In this document: positions 25,941-36,774 of the stretch, piece after piece
Layout of the letters: the number at the start of each line of letters is the position of its first letter
Position numbering within the stretch: the stretch's first letter is position 1
DNA from: Squalus acanthias
Taxonomy: Eukaryota
DNA length: 64,000 nucleotides
Reading direction: 5' to 3'
Assembly (NCBI GenBank): GCA_030390025.1
Contig: JASTWF010000334.1
Location: 372,001 to 436,000 of the forward strand
Notes under the pieces: generated by a model
The model's input: the letters and a program-made list of their open reading frames with translations, nothing else
Told to the model about the DNA's origin: nothing
Databases searched by the model: none
Translations under genes and position numbers: made by a program

Positions 25941-27561
25941 CCCCCGGCTCACATTCATTGGTCAGTAATGTCCCCCGAATACTTGGGTCTTCACAAAAAT
26001 AGGATGCTGCCAATGTAGCAGTAAAGGAGGAGATAGTAGCGATAGTGGATAGGATAAAAATGGCTCTTAGAAACTGCACTGGAGGTTGTGGTGGAAGAGG
26101 TGGACAGGAGGAGAGAGTTTCCCTATCCACAGGAGGCCCTCCAGACAAACTCTGCAAAGGCAATGGGAGCAGATAGCTGTGGGGGTCAAGGCCAGAATTC
26201 AAGCCCTGAGGACCTGGATGCAGTGCTGCAAAAAGTTCAATGATCTCACATGAGTGGTCAAGGTCATTGAATTCATCTTCAAATTCCATATCCCACCAAC
26301 TGCACCACTAGCCTCACACACTGCTCAATGCACCACAGCCCCATCACTCACCTACCAACAATCTCTATCAAACAGGATCCATACCTCACATCATAGCTTC
26401 ACCTCACCCTTACACAGTTACCACTGCTGCAAGCCTCACACCCACATCTCACACCTTGCACACACTTGCCAGCTGTACAAGCATCAAACAAACATATTGC
26501 ACCACACTCACTGAAACACTTCTCTCTCTCTTGCAGGACAAGTTGATGCATAACCGGAGGCAGCAGCAGCTAACTGGCGGGGGAGAGGTGCTCCTGCATC
26601 ACCTTACCCCGATGGAGGAGATGGTAGTCGCCATCATTGGAGCAGCATCACTGAGCCGGTGGCCAGCGGTGGAGCTGAATCCATTGATATCCTTCTCACA
26701 TCCCGATTCCCCATCATCCAATAATGTCTTTTGATTTAAATGCTGCAGATGGTGTGAGCATGCACCTCTTACTTTCCCCCCTCACCACACCGCAATCCTA
26801 CCCTTGTGCCTTCTGCTTTCAGATACCCAAGAACTGCAACCTGGCCAGACAGTGGTGGCAGAGTAACAGGTCTAAGAGGAAGAAAGCAGTGATGATGAAG
26901 ACACAGCACCGTCACTCGATTTCACACTCGCACCAAGAGCTCAGATACCGACACTCTGCGATCTTTAGAAGATAGCTTAGACATGGGATCTGCACATGGT
27001 GAGCCACCGGGCACGAATGGCCTGCAGCCAGGGCAGGGGGCAAGGGTAGCGCAAGTGCCAACTCCCCAGAGGGTGAGGCTACACATGAGTTCTGCTGCAG
27101 AGGGCTCAGATGAGCACTTCAATGGAGCAGAATACAGAAGAAGGTGATGGGTATGCACAATAGAATGCTTGGTGCATCGGCAGGCCTGCCAGAAAGCCTG
27201 TCTGCTTTGCGCAGAGCTTGGAACCCATCCTTTCCAGCATGGAAGTGATGACAAACTCCATTAGCACACTTGCGGACCCAACCAGGATTCTGCGTCTGAT
27301 GGCCGAAGTCTCAGTTTGCTCCCACGCAAGCTCAGACTGCTGCCATCATGGCTGCGGTTACCAGTGTTCAAAGGGGTTTGCAGGGTGTCACAGCAGTTCA
27401 GCAATCTGTCCTCCAGGAGATTACTGGGATTACTGAGGCGCCACCCCCGGGGGAGAGGCAGTGGTTCCGTGGAACACGAAACTGCTGTCCTCTCTCAGGA
27501 TGACAGCATTCGTCCTGCCACCCCTGCCACTCCACCAGTGCCCTTGCTGTTGCCTGTCATG

Positions 27562-27792
27562 CAGCCCCTGGTATCCTGGCAATATTTAACCATCAATCAA
27601 CATCACTAAAACAAATTATCTGGTCATTATCACATTGCTGTTTGTGGGAGCTAGCTGTGCGCAAATTGGCTGCCGTGTTTCCTACATTACCACAGTGACT
27701 ACACTTCAAAAGTACTTCATTGGCTGTAAAGTGTTTTGCGACAGCCAGAGAAAGGCGCTACAGAAATGCAACTCTTTCTTTTTTCTTTCTTT
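27562..27792 (+). mobile_element. 3' part of a probable Deu-SINE-type (SacSINE1-like) element
   Basis: ctggtcattatcacattgctgtttgtgggag..cattggctgtaaag..aaaggcgcta..aaatgcaa followed by a (tttc)n tail. Family assigned from memory. Confidence 0.5.
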
Positions 27793-28058
27793 CAGTACGC
27801 CAATGTTCTGCTTGATGATATTTTGTGTGGCGGCATGGCTTTCGTTGTATGAATGCTGCCCACGTGTGCGTGGGTTGCGAGCGGAGTCATGAGCCATGTT
27901 GTTAATGGATAGCCCTTGTCGCCCAGTAGCCACCCACTGGTTTGTCGTGGTGGCTAAAAATGCAGCTGCCAGGATACCGGGCATTCACCTGCATGATTTG
28001 CTGAGTGTGGTCACACACCAGCTGGACACTGAGGGAGTGGAATGTGTTTTGGTTGCGG

Positions 28059-29329
28059 TGAAGGGATAATTACTAGTCCTAGTCCCTTTAGGGCTACCCC
28101 AGATCAGGCGTATTCCCCAGACGTTCACTTTCAACAAAAGTTTGAGTTAGCCGAATCCTAAAGACGCTTAATTGGGTCTAAAGGTCCAGACTATCTCTCC
28201 CTAAAGGAAAGGAACAACCTGAAGATGTTACCGTCCTCCAGATAGCACTTTTAATAAGCTTAGCTAGACTGTAACCTTCCGGATATTATGAGGGTCCGGA
28301 TAACTTCCCCAGAATTCTGCAACTCCTCACCAAAGAGTGTACAGAGATTGAGTTCACGAGTTTGATACAGAAGTATTATGTGAGATAATTCTAAAGATAT
28401 ATAGATTTATTAAAGAACCGACATGTCATTACAGTAAGTGTTTCAATCGCAACATTAACAGTTCCAAAAAGAGAACGCTATTACAATATTATTATCAGAG
28501 ATCCTTATTCTCAAATCTTAACTTCTCTACAGTTTTACAGTTCTTAGTCTTATTCAGAATATCCACCAAAATCAAATACAGTACCGCTGATCCCCGAGAT
28601 ACAAAGAGTTGTTGACTTACAGAGCCTGCCTCTGAAGCCGAGAATCGCTTTGCCCCTTTACAGCGAATTTATCATCCCATTTGTAAGTTCAATATTTGTA
28701 CCCTTTTTCAGTGGTATATCCTTTGAAGTTTTCTGCTGATGTAAGCTAATTATCTCTAGTCATTTTTCTGCTGACCCCTGCTATTCTTACAGTCACCTCA
28801 GCTGGTAGCAATGCAGAATTATGTCTCTCTAGGTGTTCCAAGTTCACCATAAAAAACAGTGGAACAGCAGGTGCATCTATTTGATGTCATTTTTACCAAG
28901 GTCTTCTGTTTGTGTCTCTTTACGAATTGTAAATTAGAACACCTCAACCAGGGTGATCTATGCAATTCTTAGTTACCTCAGCTGGTTGCAACACAGAATC
29001 ATGTCTCCTGTGTTTCATTTGATGGCATTTTTTTGAAGGCATATGTTTCTTAATTTTATGTGTTTCTTTCCGAAGTGTAATTTAGAATACCTTAACATTA
29101 TTTTCTTTCCAAAGCTTCAGACTTCAGGAGCCTCCAACCTCCTGTTTCAATAAGGTTGTTGATTCAGTGTCAACAACTTATCTTATCCCAATAGCCTTAA
29201 TGCTGTTAATAATACAGCTTCTCCATTGTTAGGTTTTTAGATTTTCAAGCCCAGTTTGTCATGTTTTAATTAGGCAAGAATTCTTTCATAGAATGGTGTA
29301 TTTTTCTGAATATGGCTTATTCCTTCACA
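28059..29329 (-). mobile_element. Solo LTR, family X (1271 bp), inverted relative to 24072-25336
   Basis: Reverse-complement homology over the full length. 4-bp TSD GCGG. Interrupts a Harbinger transposase at [18 protein letters not shown]. Confidence 0.88.
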
Positions 29330-31241
29330 GCGGTACATCTCAGAGTTTAAATACAGCGCCCACGAAGCAACATGCGTAGTCAATGGCACCCTGCACCATG
29401 GGGAAGCCTGCTATCCTCGCGAAGCTGTGTGCTCGCTCCGCCTGCTGCTCTCTGGCCAGAGAGTAGGCAATGTAGTCAGCTCTCTTGGAGTACAGAAGCT
29501 CAGTTATCTCCCTCATGCAACAGTGCACGGCAAACTGGGAGATGTTGCAAATATCTCAGCTCCAGCCTGGATTGAGCCCGACACATAAAAGCTTGGCAAT
29601 GCGGTCTTCGCTCTGCTCTGAGGTTGCAGTTGTGGCTGCAGCAGGTAGCATATTTCAGTGAGGACGTCTGACACGTAGGGGGCGATTTTGCCAGCCCTGG
29701 GGAGGCGGGTATGGAGGCGGGAATGCTGGGAAAATGGCAAAATTTGGGGGCGAGTGTCCAACCCGGCCCCAAGCCATCTTCCTAGGAGGCAGGTAGCCGT
29801 CCCGCGCCGGGTCCCATCTCCTTGGAGGCGGGAAGGGATTAAAGGCCTATTAACTGCCTGTTAACAGGTAGTTAACAGGCAGAAAATAGGATTATCCCCT
29901 TTTTGCCCTCACAAGTGCGGGCTTCCCGAAGGCTCCGAAACCCGCCAGCTCAGCGAGGCGAGTAGAGGGTCGGCGGGGTGCAAAAGTGTGGTGTGAAGGT
30001 AAGTGATGGGTGCAAGAGTGTAGAGGTGAGTATCTGAGGTAAGTGCATAGTGTTAGTAAAAGTGTACTTACCTTTGTTTCTTCCTGCAGGCTTCAGTCGG
30101 TGTGTATACAGAGAGTCTTGCACCTCCGTGTTGCAGAAGAGAGATGGCCGGTGCATTCTCAGATGCAACAACCATCTCATTTCTGTAAAAGAAAGAAGTT
30201 TGATGAGGTCTTGAATTCAAGACCTCATCAAACTACAGAAAATGTCAGTCTTTGACAGCTTCACAGAGCTGTCAAATGATGACAATTCATCTGTCAAAAA
30301 TTTTTGACAGATGAAACGTCATACGCTGACGTTCTCTGCAAACTGCTTTCCCTTAATTGCCCTGCTAAGCCCGCTGGGCGGGCTTAACAAGGTCAATCAA
30401 GGGTAAATAGCGTGGGTTGGCCACAAATCGATGGAGGTGGGACATCGACCCGCCAAGCAGCAGTCCCGCCTCCAACGCGCCCCCATTAACTAAATCTCCC
30501 TCACTGTTACTCGCTGAGGTTCAGGTAGGAGTATTGCTCCCTGAACACCCTGTGCATATTTGATGCTCCTCCTCCTCCTCCTCCCTCTGCCAGCCAGTCC
30601 TGCTCTGTGTCAGCTCTGCTCATTCTCCCTGTCATGCTGTAGGCCAAGTGGAATGCCTACTAGTGCACCCATGTCTTGGAGCAAGTGGTTTGTGCTGAAT
30701 CCTTGAGGTCAGGACAAAGTCCTTCAGCACCTGCCACACCAATCCTTGTAGACTTGAGCAACTTTAAGTAACTGTACAAACCACCAAACACTTCTATAAA
30801 CTCAGCAACAGCCAGTGGAAATCAACCAGCAACTAACCCTTTAAATAGCACTGGTGGGGGGGTCCTTACTGCTGCTGAACGCATGTTCAGCTGTGCGAGC
30901 TTAAGAGAGGCCGTTAGCTGGAGCGTTGAGCTCCAAAATGGCAGTTCGGGCATCAAATCAGTGTTACACGTTGATTGACATCATGATCTGCCTACTCTGC
31001 ATACTTCCGGCGCATGCTCCCTGCGCCCGTGCTAACGCCCTGCCCAATATGGCATCTGGGGCAGCCTGTACCAGAAGTGTGTGTGCGCGCCGCGCATTCC
31101 ATTTCAGAATCAAAATGGCTCCTGTAGCGCCCAAACAATGGGCGCTATGGAGCTGAATGTGGTGGCCATGATAAGGAACTGAATATGGTTAATGTAAAAT
31201 AGTGACAAACAAAAAATGGGCTGTTTTATTTTTATTTAAAG

Positions 31242-31382
31242 CTGTACTGCCAAGCACTGGCCCCAGGCGGGCATCTTGTCTCCATTCACTCGGATATACA
31301 GAACATGTTCATTGGAGAGGTGATAAATGAAATAGACCCAACAGATTCTCCGGCTTGGATCGGTTTGAATGACTTATACAAG
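31242..31382 (+). CDS. C-type lectin domain gene, internal exon A (141 nt, phase 0/0): LYCQALAPGGHLVSIHSDIQNMFIGEVINEIDPTDSPAWIGLNDLYK
   Basis: T-rich acceptor ...ttttatttaaag| and donor |gtaacg. Open frame with CTLD helix-1 Cys, HLVSIHS and WIGLND motifs. Confidence 0.93.
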
Positions 31383-31404
31383 GTAACGTTGTCTGAGTTG
31401 TTAG

Positions 31405-33464
31405 AATAGAATCATAGAATCTTACAGCACATAATGAGGCATTCAGCCCATCATACCTGTGCCAGCTGTTTGAAAGAGCTGTCCAATTTAGTCCCACACG
31501 CCATAACCCTGCAAATTAGTCCTCTTCAAGTACATGTCCAATTTTGAAAGTTCATATGGAATCTGACTCCACCACCGTTCCAGATCTTAACAGCCCTTTG
31601 TGTGAAAAAATGTCTCCTCATTTCCCCCTAGTTATTTTGTCAATTATTTTAAATTAATGACCTTTGGTTACCGACCCACATGCCAGAAGAAACAGTTTCT
31701 CCCTACTCTCTCTATTAAAACCCCTCATAATTTTGAATACCTCTATTAGGTCTCCCCTTAACCTGCTCTGCTCTAAGGAGAAGAATCCCTGCTTCTCCAA
31801 TCTCTCCACATAACTAAACTCCATGATAAACCTCCTCTGTACCCTCTCCAGGGCCTTGATATCCTTCCTTAAAGTTTAGCGCCCTGAATTGCCCACAATA
31901 ATCCAACTGAGGCCTAACCAGAGATTTGTAAAGGTTTAGCATGACTTCCTTGTTTTTGTATTCAATGCCCCTATTTACAAAGCCACGCATCCCATACGCT
32001 TTCTTAACTGCCTCATCAACCTGGCCTGCCACCTTCAAGTATTTGTGAAGATGCATCACCAGATCCTTCTGTTCTTCCACCCCCCTCAAAATAACACCGT
32101 TTAGATTATACTGCTCCTCCACGTTGTTTCACCCAAAGTGCATCACTCACACTTATCCGCATTAAATTGCACCTGCCATGTGTCTGCATACTTCTCTCCA
32201 GTCAGAAAAACATTGGTTCACCTCTACTCTCTGCCTCATATCCCTTAGCCAAATTTGTACCCAATCTACCATTGTCCCTTTAACATCATGTGCTTCTATT
32301 TTCGGAGTAAGTTTGATATGAAGTACTTTATCAAGAGACTTTTGAAAGTCCATATATATATCTACTGCACTACCTTCATCAACCCTCTATCACTTCATCA
32401 AAGAAGTCAATCAGGTTAGTCAGACACGATTTTCCTTTAACAAATCCTTGCTGGCTGTCCCTTATTCAACCATGTATTCTCCAAGTGAGAATTAATTTTA
32501 TCCTTGATAGTCTCTAGTAGTTTTCCCACCACTGATGTTAGACTGATTGGCCTGCAGTTACGAGGTTTGTCTCTCTCTTCTTTTTTGAACAGGGTTGTAA
32601 CATTTGCAATCCTCCAGTCCTCTGGCAGCACTCCATTATCCAAGGAGGATTGAAAGGTTGTGATCAGAGCTTACGCTATCTTCATCCTAGCTTCCCTCAG
32701 CAACCTAGGATGCATCTCATCTGGACCGGGTGACTTGTTAACTTTGAGTGATGCCAACTTATTTACCACCTTCTTGCTATCCATTTTTATCCTCTTCAAT
32801 ATCTCTACTGCCCCCTCCTCAACTCTGACATTAACTTTATTCTGTTCTTTTATGAAGTCTGATGCAAAGTACTCATTCAGTACCTCAGTCATGCCCTCTG
32901 CCTCCACAGGAAGATTTCCTTTTATGTCCCGAATTGGCCCCACCATTCCTTTAACTATTCTTTTACATTTTATATGTTTATAAAAGATTTTTTGGGTTCC
33001 CATTTATGTTACCCACTAATCTTTTCTCATACTCTCTCTTTGCCCTTCTTATATCCTTTTCCAATTTCCCCCTGCTCTCTCTGTATTCTGCCTGGTTTTC
33101 GACTGTATTCTGTACCTGACATTTTTCATAAACCTTTTTCTGTTTTATTTTAGCCTCTATTTACTTTGTCACCCAGGGAGCTCTAGTTTTGGATGCCCCA
33201 TCTTACCTCCTTATGAGAAGATGCTTGGTTTGTACCCGAACTTTCTCTGCCTTGAAGGCCTGACATTGCTCATTTACTGTTTTCCTGCACAATCTTTGTT
33301 TCCAGTCCACCTGTGCCAGATCCCTTCTCAAATCACTGAAATTGTTTCTCTTTCATTGTGTATTTTCACCTTTGATTTTTCTTTGTCCCATTCCATAACT
33401 ACTTTAAACCTAATAATATTATGATCACTATTACCCAGATGTTCTCCCACTGAAACATACTCCA
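31405..33464 (-). mobile_element. Old CR1 ORF2, continuing at ~35555-35785 and ~43395-43620 around younger insertions
   Basis: ORF2 peptides 31814-33003, EN peptide 35555-35746, (atagaatc)n tail. Confidence 0.85.
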
Positions 33465-35480
33465 CGGATTGTAAACTATTGTAAAAACCCATCTGGTTCA
33501 CTAATGTCCTTTAGGGAAGGAAATCTGCCATCCTTACCTGGTCTGTATGTGACTCCAGACCCACAGCAATGTGGTTGACTGTTAACTGCCCTCTGTTGTA
33601 CACTCAGTTGTACACACCCGCTACGAAAAACAATGTGAATGAAATCGGACGGATCACCCGGCATCGAACATGGCACCGGCTTCGGACACAATAATGGCAC
33701 ACCCAGCCCAGTCGACCCTGCAAAGTCCTCCTCACTAACATCTGGGGACTTGTGCCAAAATTGGGAGATCTGTCCCACAGACGAATCAAGCAACAGCCTG
33801 ACATGGTCATACTTACAGAATCATACCTTTCAGCCAATGTCCCAGATTCCTCCATCACCATCCCTGGGTATGTCCTATCCCACCAGCAGGACAGACCCAC
33901 CAGAGGTGGTGACACAGTCGGGACTGAGTGGCCTTGGGAGTCCTCAACATTGACTCCAGACCCCATGAAGTCTTCATGGGTTCAGGTCAAGCATGGGCAA
34001 GGAAACCTCCTGCTGATTACCACCTACCGCCCTCCCTCAGCTGATGAATCAGTACTCCTCCATGTTGAACACCACTTGGAAGAAGTACTGAGGGTAGCAA
34101 GGGCACAGAATGTACTCTGGGTGGTGAACTTCAATGTGCATTACAAGAGTGGCTCGGTAGCACCACTACTGACTGAGCTGGCCAAGTCCTAGGACTACGG
34201 CAGGTGGTGAGAGAACCAACACGAGGGAAAAACCTACTTGATCTCGTCCTCACCAATCTACCTGTCGCAGATGCATCTGTCCATGACAGCATTGGTAGCA
34301 GTGACCACAGCACAGTCCTGACCTCATTACAGCCTTGATCCAAACATGGACAAAGGAGCTGAATTCCAGAGGTGAGATGAGAGTGAGTGCCCTAGACATC
34401 AAGGCAGCATTAGACCGAGTGTGGCATCAAGGAGCCCTCGTAAAACTGAAGTCAATGAGAATCAGGGGAAAATTCTCCACTGGCTGGAGTCATACCGAGC
34501 ACAAAGGAAGATGGTTGTAGTTGTTGGAGGTCAATCATCACAGCCCCAGGACATCGCTGCAGGAGTTCCTCAGGGCAGTGTCCTAGGTCCAATGCTTCAT
34601 CAATGACCTTCCCTCCATCATAAGGTCAGAAGTGGGGATGTTCGCTGATGATTGCACAGTGTTCAGTTCCATTCGCAACTTTTCAGATAATGAAGCAGTC
34701 CATGCCCAAATGCAGCAAGGTCTGGATGACATTCAGGCTTGGGTTGATAAGTGGCAAGTAATATTCGCGCCACACAAGTGCCAGGCAATGACTATCTCCA
34801 ACAAGCAAGAATCTAACCACTGCCCCTTGACATTCAACGGCATTACCATCGCCAAATTCCCCACCATTAGCATCCTGGGGGTCATCGTTGACCAGAAACT
34901 TAACTGGATCAGCCACATAAATACTGTGGCCACAATAGCAGGTCAGAGGCTGGGTATTCTGTGGTGAGTGTCTCACCTCCTGACTCCCCAAAGCCTTTCC
35001 ACCATCTACAAAGCACAAGTAAGGAATGTGATGGAATACTCTCCACTTGCCTGGATGAGTGCAGCTCCAACAACACTCAAGAAGCTCGACAGCATCCAGG
35101 ACAAAGCAGCCGTTTGATTGGCACCCCATCCACCACCTTAAACATTCACTCCCTGCACCACTGGCGCACCGTGTCTGCAGTGTGTACCATCTACAAGATG
35201 CACTGCAGCAACTCGCCAAGGCTTCTTCGGCAGCACCTCCCTAACCCGTGACCTCTTCCACCTAGCAGGACAAGGGCAGCAGGCTCATGGGAACACCATC
35301 ACCTGTAAGTTCCCCTCCAAGTTACACACCATCCTGACAGCACTGTGGGAGGACCTTCACCACGCGGACTGCAACGGTTCAAGAAGGCGGTTCACCACCA
35401 CCTTCTCAAGGGCAATTAGGGTTGGGCAATAAATGCTCACCTTGCCAGCAACACCCACATCCCAGGAATGAAGTAAAAAT
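33465..35480 (+). mobile_element. CR1-group LINE of a second family (family B), internally deleted, with a SINE-core sequence at its 5' end
   Basis: EN (PDMVILTESYL, YRPP), RT (ALDIKAA.DRVWH, GVPQGSVLGP, MFADD), and a tail shared with ~1030-1190 and 60075-60240. Confidence 0.88.
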
Positions 35481-36330
35481 TATTCAGCATCATTCTTTGT
35501 TGGGTTGCAACATACTGATTAAGAAAGTTCTCCAGCACACATTTTAGGAATTCTTTACCTTCCTTGCCCTTTACTCTGTTTCCCACCACAGTCTAAATTA
35601 GGGTAATTGAAGTCCACTACTATTACTGCTCTGTTATTTTTATATTTCTCTGAAATTTGCCTATAGATTTGCTCCTCTATCTCCTTCTCACTATTTGGGT
35701 GTCTATAGTAAACATCCAGCAATCCAACAGCTTTTTTTCTATTCATTAACTCTAATCAAATATATTCTGTCTTTGAACCCTCTAGTATAGAAACATAGAA
35801 ACATAGAAAATAGTTGTGGTCACTGGTACCACAGGCAGATAATTCCATCCAGGATATCCCGGCTAGAAACATAGAAACATAGAAACATAGAAAATAGGTG
35901 CAGGAGTAGACCATTCGGTCCTTCGAGCCTGCACCGCCATTCAATGCGTTCATGGCTGAACATGCTACCTCAGTACCCCATTCCTGCTTTCTTGCCATAC
36001 CCCTTGATCCCCCTAGTTGTGAGTATTATATCTAACTCCCTTTTGAATATATTTAGCGAACTGGCCTCAACAACCTTCTGTGGTAGAGAATTCCACAGAT
36101 TCACCACTCTCTGGGTGAAGAAGTTCCTCCTCATCTCAGTCTTAAATGGCTTCCCCTTTATCCTTAGACTGTGACCCCTGGTTTTAGTTTTCCCTAACAT
36201 TGGAAACATTCTGCCCGCATCTAATTTGTCTAAACCAGTCAGGATTTTAAACGTCTCTATAAGATCCCCCCTCATTCTTCTGAACTCCAGAGGATACAAG
36301 TTCAGTTGATCCAGTCTTTCTTGATATGAT

Positions 36331-36774
36331 GGGCAACACGGTGGCATTGTGGTTAGCACTGGTGCCTCACAGCGCCAGAGACCCGGGTTCGAATCTGACC
36401 TCGGGTGACTGTCTGTGTGGAGTTTGCACATTCTCCCCGTGTCTGCGTGGGTTTCCTCCGGGTGCTCCGGTTTCCTCCCACAGTCCAAAAATGTGTGGGT
36501 TAGGTTGATTTGGCTATGATAAATTGACCCTTAGTGTTAGGGGGGATTAAATATGTGGGGTTATGGGGATAGGATGGGATATGTTCGGGGGAATTAAATA
36601 CGTGGGGTTACGGCGGTAGGGTGGGATATGTGTACTGTGGGGATTAAAGCAGGGACAGGGTACTGGATTTGGATGATCAGCCATGATCGTATTGAATGGC
36701 GGAGCAGGCTCGACGGGCCGAATGGCCTACTCCTGCTCCTAGATTCTATGTTTCTATGTTTCTATGTTTCTATG
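36331..36774 (+). mobile_element. tRNA-derived V-SINE (HE1-like) with CR1-derived 3' tail
   Basis: A box TGGCATTGTGG, B box GGTTCGAATC, V-domain ctgtgtggagtttgcacattctccccgtgtctgcgtgggtttcctccggg. Tail homologous to the CR1 3' UTR plus (TTTCTATG)n. The empty site is visible in copy 1 (cttgatatgtcag at ~6255). Confidence 0.93.

Larger units (their letters stand above)
25960..31167. mobile_element. Degenerate Harbinger: Myb/SANT remnant on + (~26050-27560), transposase remnant on - (~30672-27790), with nested SINE, LTR and probable MITE (~29678-30501)
   Basis: [63 protein letters not shown]. Left terminus not identified; right terminus approximate. Confidence 0.8.

Noticed and set aside
24072..29329. 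Single giant foldback/TIR transposon with 1.27-kb arms
   Set aside because: Each arm has its own distinct TSD and interrupts a different host element.
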